From positions 1 through 64,000 of IMG/VR virus record IMGVR_UViG_2872922060_000001: 64,000 bases of DNA; one strand, given 5' to 3'. Source of the stretch: a virus. Lineage: Duplodnaviria > Caudoviricetes. The position numbers were made by a program, and so were the translations under genes. Under the pieces are notes generated by a model. It had not been told where the DNA came from. It saw only the letters and a program-made list of their open reading frames with translations, and ran no database searches. Each line of letters begins with the position of its first letter. Within the stretch, counting starts at the first letter, position 1. Below are positions 38,500 through 48,229 of this stretch, piece after piece.

Positions 38500-39125
38500 C
38501 CACCATCGCCTTCGTCGACATCGAGACCACCGGCCTCGACCCCATCCGTCACGAACCCTGGGAAATCGCCGTCATCCGCCGGGAACCGGACGGAACCGAA
38601 ACCGAGCACCTGTGGCAACTCCGACCCAGCACCGCCCACCTACAGCACGCTGCCGACCCGGAAGCACTGCGCATCGGCCGCTACCACGAACGCGCCGCCG
38701 TCCCCACCGACGCCACCGCCGCAGACATGCTCGCCCCCAACGGCCCCGCCCCGCTCGCCGTCCTCGACGTGACCCGGCAGATCTTCCAAGCCCTACGCGG
38801 AACGGTCATGGTCGGCTCCAACCCAGCCTTCGACGCTGCCTTCCTGCACCGAATGCTCCAGCTCCCACAGCCGCCGTGGCACTACCGCGTCATCGACACC
38901 GCGACGCTCGCCGCCGGCTTCCGCCTCGGACAGGCCGCCAGCGGCGCCTACGGGGGAGACTTCCTGTTCCCCAGCGACTTCCCCTCCCTGCCGTTCTCCT
39001 CCCGCGCCCTGTCCCGCGCAGTCGGCGTCGAACCGCCCGGCGACGGCGTGGCACACACCGCCCTCGGAGACGCCCGCTGGGCCCGCGACTTCTACGACGC
39101 CATCACCCACTCCAACCCCGCATGA
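38496..39125 (+). CDS. DEDDh 3'-5' exonuclease (DnaQ-like)
   Basis: 'FVDIETTGL', 'N.AFD..FL' and 'HTALGDA'. Confidence 0.9.
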   Translation: MTTIAFVDIETTGLDPIRHEPWEIAVIRREPDGTETEHLWQLRPSTAHLQHAADPEALRIGRYHERAAVPTDATAADMLAPNGPAPLAVLDVTRQIFQALRGTVMVGSNPAFDAAFLHRMLQLPQPPWHYRVIDTATLAAGFRLGQAASGAYGGDFLFPSDFPSLPFSSRALSRAVGVEPPGDGVAHTALGDARWARDFYDAITHSNPA

Positions 39126-39234
39126 ACGCCTACCTCGCCGGCTGCCTCGCCATCCGCCTAGGGCACCAGCCCGGCTACGCCACCCACCTCCGCACCGGCC
39201 GCTACGGCCCCACACCCGTCCAGGAGATCCCAAC

Positions 39235-39780
39235 GTGACCCTCACCGCCCCCGACCCTGCACCGCAGGCCCTCACCCCTCCCGTCGTCATCGGCATCGAC
39301 CCCAGCCTCACCGGCACCGGCATCGCCAGCAGCGACGGCTGGGTCAACGTCATCGGCTACAAGCGGCCCCGAGCCAAAGACCCCGGCATCACCCAACTGC
39401 CGCACCCCGAACGCATCCGCGCCATGCGCAAGCTCGTCCTCCAGGTCATCGAGGCATTCCACCTCCCCGACCTTGTCGTGATGGAACTCCCCGCCGTGTC
39501 ACGCAGCGGAGGAGGGGCCCACGAACGCGGCTGGTTCTGGTGGCAGCTCTACAGCGAGCTCACCCGCTACGGAGTCCCCACTGCCCTCATGGCCCCCAAC
39601 GCCCGCGCCCTCTACGCCACCGGAAAAGGCAACGCCGCCAAGGGAGCCGTCATCGACGCCGTCACCCTCATGGCCGCCGGCCGCGACTGGCTCGGACACC
39701 CCATCACCGACCTCCCCAAGACCCACCGGGCCGCCCTCGACAAGGCGACCTGGCCAACCCTTCCCGGAGACCCCCGATGA
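39235..39780 (+). CDS. RuvC-like Holliday junction resolvase, apparently internally deleted
   Basis: 'IGIDPSLTGTG', 'VVME' and 'ATGKGNA.K'; the usual D-x-x-D segment is missing. Confidence 0.75.
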   Translation: MTLTAPDPAPQALTPPVVIGIDPSLTGTGIASSDGWVNVIGYKRPRAKDPGITQLPHPERIRAMRKLVLQVIEAFHLPDLVVMELPAVSRSGGGAHERGWFWWQLYSELTRYGVPTALMAPNARALYATGKGNAAKGAVIDAVTLMAAGRDWLGHPITDLPKTHRAALDKATWPTLPGDPR

Positions 39781-40226
39781 GCACCAGCACACGCCGCCCC
39801 ACAACGATCGCCGCGCCCACCACCTGGATGGAATACGGGAGCTGCCGGGAAACCGACCCCAACCTGTTCTTTCCCGAAGGTCGCGGTGCCGCAATCACCA
39901 TCCAGACCGCACAGGCCAAGGCGGTGTGCCGAAACTGCCCCGTCCGCTCCCTGTGCCTGGAGTGGGCGTTGGACACCGGACAGAGCACCGGCGTGTGGGG
40001 TGGCCTGTCCGAGGACGAGCGGCGTGACCTGGCTCGGGTGCCGGAGCCGTCGATGGACCGGTGCCTGAACGCGCAGGCGTGGATCGAGGAGCAGCTGGCC
40101 GTCGGCCGGGGGCAGAGGGAGATCGCGCGGGAGCTGGGGGTGGACCCGGGCGTGCTGGGCCGGGCCATCAAGCGGTTCCGTGACGAGCAGGCCCTGGACA
40201 CGGCCGCGGAGGAGGTGGCGGCATGA
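39777..40226 (+). CDS. WhiB family regulator with C-terminal HTH
   Basis: 'C...DP.LFFP...AKAVC..CPV...CL..AL....GVWGGLSE.ERR'. Confidence 0.92.
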   Translation: MSTSTRRPTTIAAPTTWMEYGSCRETDPNLFFPEGRGAAITIQTAQAKAVCRNCPVRSLCLEWALDTGQSTGVWGGLSEDERRDLARVPEPSMDRCLNAQAWIEEQLAVGRGQREIARELGVDPGVLGRAIKRFRDEQALDTAAEEVAA

Positions 40227-41029
40227 GCACCCTGACCCCGAAGCAGCGCGGTGACCTCGCCGAGCAGATGCTTCCCGTCGCCGCAAACCTGGCCGTCCTC
40301 GTACACGGTGACGGCGGCCCCGATGACATCGCTGATGTCCTGGCCGGGCTGGACGAGACGCAGAAGAACGCGCTGATCGTGGTCCTGGCCGGCCTGGTCG
40401 ACCCGGAGCAGCCGGTCGGGAAGGCGTTGGGCTGGCTGGACTTCAACGAGCACGGCGCGCTCACCGTCCCCTCATGGTCCGAGGATCGTTCGGTCCGTGA
40501 GCTGGCGCCCGAGCCCGCCGAGGGCCTGGCGGACGACTTCGTGGACCAGGTGGCGATGCACCGGTTCGTGCAGGGCATGCCGGTGGAGGTCACAGACGCG
40601 GAGTTCCTGGCCGCGGTCCAGCAGTGCGTGGGGATGGGGATGTCGCTCGCGGACGTCGACCATCTGCGTCGCTGGCCGCGGAGGACGACGGAGAACCGGG
40701 TGAACCGGCTGCGGAAGCAGTACCAGCGCAGCGGCCGCGAGTTCCCGTCACTGGCCCAGCCGGGGACGCGGACGTTCACGGAGGCGGAGGTGGTGGCTAT
40801 CCGGGAGCGTTCAGCGGCCGGCGTGTCTGACCGGGAGATCGCCATGTCGTACGGGACGGCGCGGGAGACGATCCGGTCGATTGTGCGTGGGCATCGGTAC
40901 GCCCAGTACGGCGGCCCGATCCGGGCGCCGCGGGCTGAGAAGCCTGCGAAGGCGTCACGCGAGTACATGTGCGGCCACGCGGACGAGTCGCTGGCTGCTC
41001 GGAGTGTCGAGATGAAGGAGGTTGCTTGA
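40223..41029 (+). CDS. HTH-containing hypothetical protein
   Basis: 'TEAEV..IR...GVS.REIA..YG...TI..IV.G..Y'. Confidence 0.65.
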   Translation: MSTLTPKQRGDLAEQMLPVAANLAVLVHGDGGPDDIADVLAGLDETQKNALIVVLAGLVDPEQPVGKALGWLDFNEHGALTVPSWSEDRSVRELAPEPAEGLADDFVDQVAMHRFVQGMPVEVTDAEFLAAVQQCVGMGMSLADVDHLRRWPRRTTENRVNRLRKQYQRSGREFPSLAQPGTRTFTEAEVVAIRERSAAGVSDREIAMSYGTARETIRSIVRGHRYAQYGGPIRAPRAEKPAKASREYMCGHADESLAARSVEMKEVA

Positions 41030-41553
41030 TGGCTGGCGAGACGGTGATCACGGTGGTTGGGAACCTTGTGGACGATCCGGAGTTGCGGTTCACGGCGTCT
41101 GGTGCGGCGGTGGCGAAGTTCCGGGTGGCGTCGACGCCGCGGACGTTCAACAAGGCCAGCAACGCGTGGGAGGACGGCGAGTCGCTGTTCCTGACGTGCT
41201 CGGTGTGGCGGCAGGCCGCGGAGAACGTCGCCGAGTCCCTTCAGCGCGGCATGCGGGTCATCGTGCAGGGCCGGCTGAAGCAGCGGTCGTACGAGGACAA
41301 GCAGGGCGTGAAGCGGACGGTGTTCGAGCTGGAGGTCGACGAGATTGGGCCCAGCCTGCGGAACGCGACGGCGAAGGTGACGAAGGCGGGCGCGAGTGGT
41401 GGGGGCCGGGAGGCGTACCAGCAGGCGCGGCAGGCGTCGTCGCGGGAGGGGATGGAGGATCCGTGGACGTCGGGTACGCCGGCTTCGGGTGGTCAGGGCG
41501 CGGGGAGTTGGGGCGCGGGTTCGGGTGGCCATTCGGACGAGCCTCCGTTTTGA
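41029..41553 (+). CDS. ssb: Single-stranded DNA-binding protein
   Basis: 'MAGET.ITVVGNL..DPELRFT.SG.AVA.F.VASTPR' and acidic tail 'DEPPF'. Confidence 0.97.
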   Translation: MAGETVITVVGNLVDDPELRFTASGAAVAKFRVASTPRTFNKASNAWEDGESLFLTCSVWRQAAENVAESLQRGMRVIVQGRLKQRSYEDKQGVKRTVFELEVDEIGPSLRNATAKVTKAGASGGGREAYQQARQASSREGMEDPWTSGTPASGGQGAGSWGAGSGGHSDEPPF

Positions 41554-41624
41554 GCTGAGTGGTGCTGCGGGAGGGGTCTGGTCTTCGGATCGGGCCCCTT
41601 TCGCATGCCTGGGGCCAATCCAAT

Positions 41625-41665
41625 CCGCCCTATGCATTGCATTGCCATGCATAGGGCGGTACGGT
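41625..41665 (+). promoter_or_regulatory. Operator-overlapped promoter
   Basis: ccgccctatGCATTGC-ATT-GCCATGCatagggcgg extended palindrome; TTGCAT-N17-TACGGT; follows the ssb terminator hairpin. Confidence 0.8.
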
Positions 41666-41941
41666 GGAGACATCCAAGCCCACCCTCCAGCCCACAGAGG
41701 CCCCTCATGCCGACCTGCGACTGCGGCGCCACCCCCGAGGAACTGCGCGCCGGTATCCATGGCCAGCCCTGCACCAGCCGCGACGACGCCCCCGATGACC
41801 CCTCCGACCACTACAACCAGTAGCCCGGTCCTCGGCCCGAGGGAACCGCTCTGCCGCGCGTGCCCTAGCGCGGTCCGCTGCCCCACCCCCGACTGAGTGG
41901 GGCAGCCCTATCTCCACCACCTGGGCATCACGGAGCCAAGC

Positions 41942-42208
41942 ATGCTGAACGTCCCGATCCCACAAGACCTGTGCCCCGTGCACCGCCAGCACTTCCGGGA
42001 CTGGCGCGACAACCACTACAACCCACGCAACCCGACAGAGTGGCCGGGCGGAGGGTTTCTCCTCGACAGCCGGACCAGCCATGAGGAGCGGGAGCGGGAC
42101 TGGGACCGGAAGAACCTCCAGCAGATGGAGCTGATAGCTGGAATCTGCCGGTCCGGTCGATCTCCGCAGTGCGACTCTGCGCCCCCGCTGTTGAAGGACA
42201 CGGCGTGA
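41942..42208 (+). CDS. Hypothetical protein
   Basis: GGAG RBS. Confidence 0.45.
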   Translation: MLNVPIPQDLCPVHRQHFRDWRDNHYNPRNPTEWPGGGFLLDSRTSHEERERDWDRKNLQQMELIAGICRSGRSPQCDSAPPLLKDTA

Positions 42209-42318
42209 CGCACCACCCCGTGACCACAGGCCGGCCGGACCTTGGCGCCTGGCTGTGTGGCACTGCCGCCACCGGCCCCACCCCACCCCCATGCCCGCAC
42301 ACCCACCGAGGAGACCCG

Positions 42319-42618
42319 ATGACCCAGCCCACCATCTACCGCATCGAGTTCGGCAAGGTCGGCGAGACCTACCCCGTCCCGTCGATCACGCTCGAGCACA
42401 CCGACCCGAACCAGTTCGCCCGTGCGGTCGCCGCGCACGCGATCCCGTACCTGACGCCGGTGCTCACCGCGCTCGGGAGGCCGGAGCTCGCGGACTGCTT
42501 CTTCCGCGTCGACCCGAACGACCCGACCTACGGCGACTTCCTGTGGGTCGACCTGATCGGCAACAAGGGCGCGCAATTCTGCCCCGCCCGGATTACAGCC
42601 GTCGCCCCCGCCCCGTGA
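42319..42618 (+). CDS. Hypothetical protein
   Basis: GAGGAG RBS; high GC3; hairpin at ~42628-42660 downstream. Confidence 0.6.
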   Translation: MTQPTIYRIEFGKVGETYPVPSITLEHTDPNQFARAVAAHAIPYLTPVLTALGRPELADCFFRVDPNDPTYGDFLWVDLIGNKGAQFCPARITAVAPAP

Positions 42619-42698
42619 CCACGAGCGGCCCGGGGCGTGCCCAGTAACACGCCCCGGGCCTGCCCCGACCCTACCCAGCCCGCCCCCCTGGAGACCCC

Positions 42699-43067
42699 AT
42701 GACCATGCACGTCGAAGCCATCCTCAACATCCCCCTCGACAACGGCCGCACCATGCCCACCCGCATGGGCATCGCCGCCGAACCCACCACCACCGATGGC
42801 CTCGTCGTTTTCCCGAAGCTGCTCGACCTCTTCGACTACGACGACAGCGTCTGGCACGTCACCCACGCCCCGACCGGCCGCTACCTGCCCATCGACTTCC
42901 CCACCGAAGAGCAGGCCGCCGGTTTCGCCGGCGCTATCGGGGGTCTTGCCGACTGGGCCAGTCTCGCGCCGGTCGTCGATGTGCCCGCTCTGGTTGCGGT
43001 GGCGTCGGAGTATGACGGCGCTGTTCACCAGCGTGTTCTCGACGCTCTCGGCCGCCGTGCCGTCTGA
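42699..43067 (+). CDS. Hypothetical protein
   Basis: GGAG RBS; 'W.VTH.PTG' motif. Confidence 0.6.
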   Translation: MTMHVEAILNIPLDNGRTMPTRMGIAAEPTTTDGLVVFPKLLDLFDYDDSVWHVTHAPTGRYLPIDFPTEEQAAGFAGAIGGLADWASLAPVVDVPALVAVASEYDGAVHQRVLDALGRRAV

Positions 43068-43113
43068 CCGCCTACTCGGCTGCCTTGCCTCGGGTAGCCA
43101 GGAAAGGACCACG

Positions 43114-43842
43114 ATGACCGACCAGACCACCGCCGACCTCCTCGTGGCTGACGCCCGCCGCGCCGTTCACGAATCGCTGGCCTTCCTCGCCGCTCCCGAA
43201 GCCGACCGAGTGCGGTCCCTGATCGCCGACCTGGAGACCGCCGTTGAGGCGCGGACTGCGATCCGCTTCAGCGACCAGCCGGCCCCGCAGCCGCCCGCCG
43301 ACCTGGCCGCGCTCCGCGACCGCATCGCCGCCGCTCTCGCTGAGGCCGACGGCTGGGTGTGGATCGACGACGAGGCCAAGGGACGCAGCTCGATGTGGCG
43401 AAGCTTCCAGCACCGTGCCGATGCGGTGTTGGCCGTGCTGCCCGCGACCACCGACCGGGCCACCGTCCTCCGCGAAGCCGCCGACCGTATCGACCGCGAG
43501 GACCTCCCGCAGGACGACGTCGACATGTTCGACAACGGCGCGCGCTGGGCCACCAAGCTTTTGCGCCGCATGGCCGACGAGGCGCAGCCCGCCGGGCACC
43601 AGCCGCGCCGTGGTGACCAGTTCGAGACGTGGCTGAAGGCGCAGCGGGACGACTACGCCTCGGACCGCGCCAACGACCACACGATGTACGACGCTCTCGA
43701 CGACCTGCTGCTCCTGTACCGGCTGCACGCCGACACCGGCACGCCGCTTGGCGAGCACGTCTGCGAGGGCCGCGTTGCCGGGGACTGCGAGTGCCTGGAG
43801 CAGCCCGCCGCCGGGGCGTGGCAGGACGGGGCGGACCGATGA
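43114..43842 (+). CDS. Mosaic hypothetical phage protein
   Basis: GAAAGG RBS; 'LRDRIAAAL...ADAVLAVLP...DRA.VLREAAD' segments. Confidence 0.65.
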   Translation: MTDQTTADLLVADARRAVHESLAFLAAPEADRVRSLIADLETAVEARTAIRFSDQPAPQPPADLAALRDRIAAALAEADGWVWIDDEAKGRSSMWRSFQHRADAVLAVLPATTDRATVLREAADRIDREDLPQDDVDMFDNGARWATKLLRRMADEAQPAGHQPRRGDQFETWLKAQRDDYASDRANDHTMYDALDDLLLLYRLHADTGTPLGEHVCEGRVAGDCECLEQPAAGAWQDGADR

Positions 43843-44063
43843 CCGCCACCCAGATCGGCGTCGAGGTGTCCTGCGACGGACCCGACGAGCAGACCGACTG
43901 CCCCGAGAGCGCCGCAGTCCGCGCCAGCTTCGATTCGAGGACCGCCCGCCAGGTCCGTGCCGACGGCCGCGCCCAGGGCTGGACCACCCGACGCGCGCCC
44001 GGCCGGCTCTGGGACATGTGCCCGCGCTGCACCGCCGAGCGGCAGGACGGGGCGCAGCCGTGA
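43839..44063 (+). CDS. Small Zn-binding protein
   Basis: CDGP...C...GW...D.CP.C. Confidence 0.6.
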   Translation: MTATQIGVEVSCDGPDEQTDCPESAAVRASFDSRTARQVRADGRAQGWTTRRAPGRLWDMCPRCTAERQDGAQP

Positions 44064-44572
44064 CGACCGCCGCACGACCGGGCCCGACCACCCACACCGG
44101 TGGCGGGCCCGCCCCATCCCCCGACTGGGACGACCTGCTCCGCGACATCGGGGACCGTATCCGTGCCGAACGCCAAGCACGGCGCTGGTCCCAGGAACAG
44201 CTCGCCACCCGCGCCGGTATGGATCGGCACACCGTGCGCAAAATCGAAGACGGCATCGGCAGCCTCCGCGCCTTCACCCAAGCCTGCTGGGGACTCCAGG
44301 TCGACATGGCATACCTGCTGTCCGCCCAGTGGAAGATGCCAGAGCCGCGCCCGCGCCCGTTGACGCCGCGGCAGGCGGAGGTGCTGCGGGTAGTGGCTGA
44401 TGGCCGGCCGTTGGCTGTGGCCGCGAAAGCACTGGGGATGACGCCGGAGGGCCTGGCGTCGGTCTTAACGGGGCTGTATCGGCGTCTCGGGGTGGCGGGG
44501 GTACCCCGAGATCGGCGGCGCCGCGAGGCCGTGAGAGTGGCTGCCGCTCACGGCTTGATCGACGCAGCGTGA
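44060..44572 (+). CDS. XRE-HTH plus LuxR-HTH regulator
   Basis: 'IRAERQARRWSQEQLA.RAG...V.KIE.G' and 'LTPRQ.EVL..VA.G...LYRRLGV'; contains a TTA codon. Confidence 0.8.
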   Translation: MTTAARPGPTTHTGGGPAPSPDWDDLLRDIGDRIRAERQARRWSQEQLATRAGMDRHTVRKIEDGIGSLRAFTQACWGLQVDMAYLLSAQWKMPEPRPRPLTPRQAEVLRVVADGRPLAVAAKALGMTPEGLASVLTGLYRRLGVAGVPRDRRRREAVRVAAAHGLIDAA

Positions 44573-44670
44573 CCAAGAGTGCTGTGAAGTGTCTCGGTTT
44601 CCGGGGCCGAGACCCGTACCCGCAAAAGTAGAACCGCGCGATTCGTAACCCACCGTGACTGGGAGCGTTG

Positions 44671-44913
44671 ATGTCCCGCATACCCTCACTCCTCACCCAG
44701 GCCGTCCTGCTCGTCGGCATAGCCTGCGGCACCGCCTGGGCGTGGCTCGCCCTCACCACCAGCCGTGTCCTGTCCCCGGGCGCGGTCATCGTGTGCACGT
44801 GCATCGCCCTCGCGCTCGCACTGGCCGTAGAGGCCGTAGCGGGGCGTGTACGCCGTGGCCGGCGCCGCCGCCCCCACGCCCGACCCCACGCCACCGGAAA
44901 GGCACTCCGATGA
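44671..44913 (+). CDS. Small membrane protein
   Basis: Two TM segments and a basic tail. Confidence 0.5.
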   Translation: MSRIPSLLTQAVLLVGIACGTAWAWLALTTSRVLSPGAVIVCTCIALALALAVEAVAGRVRRGRRRRPHARPHATGKALR

Positions 44914-45209
44914 GCTTCGCGCTCCTCATCAGCAGCAACTTCATCGTCTGGCCCGCTTTGCTGGCCGCGATGTTCGGACGCATCACCAGGACACAGTCCA
45001 GCGGCATCGTCGCGATCGGCTGCATCCCTTCCATCGTGGCGTTCGTCCTGGATGGGACGACGAGCAGCGCGTCTGTCTTTGCCGCGCTGGGCGCTATCAA
45101 CGCCTGGATCTGGTGGCAGGGCGGTGGCGGTGACGGCACGCGACGTCGGCTGAAGTCGTGGGGACGCCGGTTCCAGGGCGTCCGCCGTACCGCCCCCTCC
45201 CACACCTGA
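44910..45209 (+). CDS. Membrane protein
   Basis: Three TM segments, 'WWQGGGGD..RRR'. Confidence 0.6.
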   Translation: MSFALLISSNFIVWPALLAAMFGRITRTQSSGIVAIGCIPSIVAFVLDGTTSSASVFAALGAINAWIWWQGGGGDGTRRRLKSWGRRFQGVRRTAPSHT

Positions 45210-45237
45210 CCCCCGAACGAGACAGAGAGGACCCCGC

Positions 45238-45681
45238 ATGACCGACCGCCCCGCCCTCGAGGACCTGGACGCCACACCTGACGACGGCCCGTGGTGCTGC
45301 AACGGCAACATGGAGGACTGCGCCCTGTGCACCGACCCGAACCCGCCATACCCGTGGATCTGCCCCGGGCATCCGCGGACCGCGGCGAATGAGCGGATCG
45401 TGGGGGAAGCGACCCAATCGACTCAAGTTGAGCAGCACAGCTACGCCGCGGACGCTATTGCTGCGGAGTGGCACCGCCGGAACCAGCGACTCGAAGAACT
45501 GACCCAGAGCAACGGGCCGGAGGTGCAGGTGGTTCTCGTGGAGCACCTGCGTGGCGAGCTGATCGGGCTGCGTGGGGCGCTGGGGCTGGTACTGGGGGGT
45601 CAGGTGCAGGACGGCACCGCGGACTTTTTGGGATGGGCCTACTGCCAGGAGTGGAGCCGCCGGCAGGGGGTGCAGGCGTGA
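45238..45681 (+). CDS. Hypothetical protein
   Basis: GAGG RBS; Cys-rich N-terminus. Confidence 0.55.
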   Translation: MTDRPALEDLDATPDDGPWCCNGNMEDCALCTDPNPPYPWICPGHPRTAANERIVGEATQSTQVEQHSYAADAIAAEWHRRNQRLEELTQSNGPEVQVVLVEHLRGELIGLRGALGLVLGGQVQDGTADFLGWAYCQEWSRRQGVQA

Positions 45682-46328
45682 GCGCGGGCGGGTCGGCGGC
45701 GCGTGAGGCTGCACGGCTCCGCGCGAGCGCCCGCAGGGGCCTGTGGCGGCGCCTCCTCGCCTGGCTGGGCCTCGACCGGCAGACCGCCCACCGGGAGGCT
45801 GTAGCGGCCCGCTGGGACCTCGGCGCCGCAGCCGAAGCCAACACCGCGCGGATGCTCGCCCCGCTCGAGACGGCCGGCTGGCACGTGCTCCACGACCGGG
45901 GCTTACCCGGCTCGAGGGCGAACCTCGACCACGTGCTGATCTCCCCCTGCGGTACCGCGGTGGTCGTCCTGGACACGAAACGCTGGCACGCCCAACGCCC
46001 CACCACTCTGATCCGGGGCCGGGTGTGCTGCGGGGTGGAGGACCGGCACGGGCAGATAGAAGCCGTCGCCCGGTACGCGGCCCGTGTCGCCCAGGTCCTC
46101 GGAATGCCGACCGGGTCGGTGTGGCCACTACTCGTGGTGCACGGGTCCCCGATCTCTGGTGGCCGGCTTGAGGCGCGGGCGCCCGCGTGGCCGGGCCCGG
46201 TGTACGTCCTCGGCCCGGACTGGCTGGTGCCGACGCTCGCCCAGGCGCCGGCCGGACAGAACCCGCAGCGCGCCGCCCAGCTAGCGGCCCGGGTCGCTGC
46301 TGCTCTCCCGCCCTACCCCAGCGTCTGA
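45678..46328 (+). CDS. NERD (nuclease-related) domain protein
   Basis: 'GA.AE..TA..L...GW.VLHD..LPG..ANLDHVLI.P.G..V.VLDTK.W'. Confidence 0.88.
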   Translation: MSAGGSAAREAARLRASARRGLWRRLLAWLGLDRQTAHREAVAARWDLGAAAEANTARMLAPLETAGWHVLHDRGLPGSRANLDHVLISPCGTAVVVLDTKRWHAQRPTTLIRGRVCCGVEDRHGQIEAVARYAARVAQVLGMPTGSVWPLLVVHGSPISGGRLEARAPAWPGPVYVLGPDWLVPTLAQAPAGQNPQRAAQLAARVAAALPPYPSV

Positions 46329-46354
46329 ACCCGCTTCGAGCCTGGAGGACAACC

Positions 46355-46663
46355 GTGCATCTCAACCCGGACAGCGACGACTACCCCACCCCGTTCCGTG
46401 AGTGGATCACTGAGCAGGCGCACAAGGCCGGCATGGACGACCCCGCCGGCTTCGCCAGCCACTGGGCGCCCCACAACCGGTTCGACGGTCTCTCCGACGG
46501 TGATGCGGACTCGCTGGCGTGCTTGCTGGGGGTGGGCTTCGAGGAGGTGCGTGCCGCGCACAAGGCGGACATTACTGTGTGGATCCGTGACCGGGAGGTG
46601 GCGGAGCATCCTGACCTGGTGGTTTTGGACGCGGTGCTGGACGGGATCGCTCGGGGCGCCTGA
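46355..46663 (+). CDS. Hypothetical protein
   Basis: GGAGG RBS; hairpin plus T-run at ~46684-46728 downstream. Confidence 0.55.
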   Translation: MHLNPDSDDYPTPFREWITEQAHKAGMDDPAGFASHWAPHNRFDGLSDGDADSLACLLGVGFEEVRAAHKADITVWIRDREVAEHPDLVVLDAVLDGIARGA

Positions 46664-46748
46664 TCCCGGGGTGGGTGTGGTGGCAGCCCGTCGTCTGGCT
46701 GGAGGGCCAGGTGGCGGGCTGTTTTTCTGTGCCCGTAATATCGAACGT

Positions 46749-47087
46749 ATGTCCGGTCTGCCGCTTGATGCACGTCTCGCTAAGCTCCGCGCCTTGGAGG
46801 AATGGCTGGACTGGCAGCTGAACAACACGCGGCAGAAGATCCGCACCCTTGAAGCGCAGAGGGACCGGGAACAGCAGCAGGCGCAGCGGGCGTGGGCGGA
46901 GTCCCGGTGGAAGCTGGAGCCGGCCCGGGACCGGCGGACTGTCCTGCACCGGGGCGGGTGCGGGATCTGGAAGGGCGGGCACGGCTACCTGGATCGGCAG
47001 GAAGTCCTGCTCGCGCTGGAGGACGAGACGCTGGCCGTGGAGATGTGCGGGGTGTGCAACCCGGAGCCGGGGCTGCGGCAGGCCTAG
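46749..47087 (+). CDS. DUF6233-like protein
   Basis: Coiled coil, then 'W.LE...LH.G.C...AL...C..C.P'. Confidence 0.75.
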   Translation: MSGLPLDARLAKLRALEEWLDWQLNNTRQKIRTLEAQRDREQQQAQRAWAESRWKLEPARDRRTVLHRGGCGIWKGGHGYLDRQEVLLALEDETLAVEMCGVCNPEPGLRQA

Positions 47088-47980
47088 GCGCTGCGCCGCG
47101 GTTTCCGGGCCGTATTCTTCGCCGCGGCCTTACGCGCGGGTGCCTTCTTCGCGGTCCGCTTCGGCATCTCGTGGACCTCGGCCCGCCCGTCGTCACCGCG
47201 GGCCTCCCGGGCCTTGGCGACGGACGCGTTAAGTGCGGCCATCAGGTCGACGAGCTGGCCGGTCTCCGCGGCGGGCTCCGGTACGGCCGGCGGTTCGCGG
47301 TTCTCACGCTTCGCTTTGATCATCTCGGCTACGGCTTCCGTGTACGTGTCGCGGAAGTCCGGGCCCGTGAGCTCCTCCACGGTCATGGTGTCCATGAGGG
47401 CCAGGGCGCCTTCGATCTCCTCTTCGGACACGTCGACCGGGGGCGGGGTGAGGGACGCCGGGTCGCGGATCTCGTCCGGCCAGCGCATGGCGTGGAGGAC
47501 GATCGCGTCGTCCCGGACGCGCAGCAGGCCGAGCCGTTCGCGGCCGGACCAGGCGTAGCGGGCGACAGCGACACGCTCCGACCGGGCGAGGGCCTGCCGG
47601 AGCAGCTTGTACGGCTTGGCGGCGACCTGCCCGTCCGGCTGGAGGTAGTAGCCCTCGGCGATGCGGATGGGGTCGACGGACTCGAGCGGGATGAACGCGA
47701 CGATCTCGATGGCTTTCGCGGTCGGCAGCGGCAGGTCGCGGAGTTCCTGGTCGGTGACCGGGACGACGACATCGCGGGCGATCTCGTAGCCCTTGCCGAT
47801 CTCCGATGGGGAGACTTCGCGGTCTTCGAGCTCGCAGATTTTGCGGGTGCGGACGCGGCCCATGTCGGGCAGGTGGACGCGGTGGAAGTGGATCGAGTGG
47901 TCCTCGGTCGCTGAGACGACGTGAATCGGCACGGTGACCAGGCCGAATGAGATGGCGCCGGACCAGATGGATCGGGGCAT
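47084..47980 (-). CDS. ku: Ku non-homologous end-joining protein
   Basis: 'RSIWSGAISFGLV.VP', 'KGYE', 'YYL.P', 'Y.LLR.AL', 'WPDEIR' and 'DLMAAL..SV', with a basic tail. Confidence 0.96.
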   Translation of the reverse strand: MPRSIWSGAISFGLVTVPIHVVSATEDHSIHFHRVHLPDMGRVRTRKICELEDREVSPSEIGKGYEIARDVVVPVTDQELRDLPLPTAKAIEIVAFIPLESVDPIRIAEGYYLQPDGQVAAKPYKLLRQALARSERVAVARYAWSGRERLGLLRVRDDAIVLHAMRWPDEIRDPASLTPPPVDVSEEEIEGALALMDTMTVEELTGPDFRDTYTEAVAEMIKAKRENREPPAVPEPAAETGQLVDLMAALNASVAKAREARGDDGRAEVHEMPKRTAKKAPARKAAAKNTARKPRRSA

Positions 47981-48030
47981 GGCGAACCTCCGCGTGCGGC
48001 CCCGAGCACGTCCAGCCTACGAGCGGGCCG

Positions 48031-48080
48031 GGTAGTGTGCACGTGACGGTGCCCCGCCTGCTTACCTCAGGCGGGGCACC
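48031..48080 (-). repeat. 50-bp terminator-containing repeat, copy 2
   Basis: Matches 15207-15256. Confidence 0.9.
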
Positions 48081-48098
48081 GTTCTGTGTCTGATGGCC

Positions 48099-48218
48099 TC
48101 ATTTCTCGTCGGCGGCGAAGTGGTCTTCGGGGACGCAGCCACCGCCGGGGTGGAAGGGGCAGTAGTCGTCGGGGACGTCTACGTGCTCGAAGTCCTCGTA
48201 CTCGTCGTCGTCGCTCAT
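48099..48218 (-). CDS. 39-aa acidic peptide
   Basis: Starts at the conserved GAGGACACCGACCATG junction and ends 'DEK*'. Confidence 0.5.
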   Translation of the reverse strand: MSDDDEYEDFEHVDVPDDYCPFHPGGGCVPEDHFAADEK

Positions 48219-48229
48219 GGTCGGTGTCC

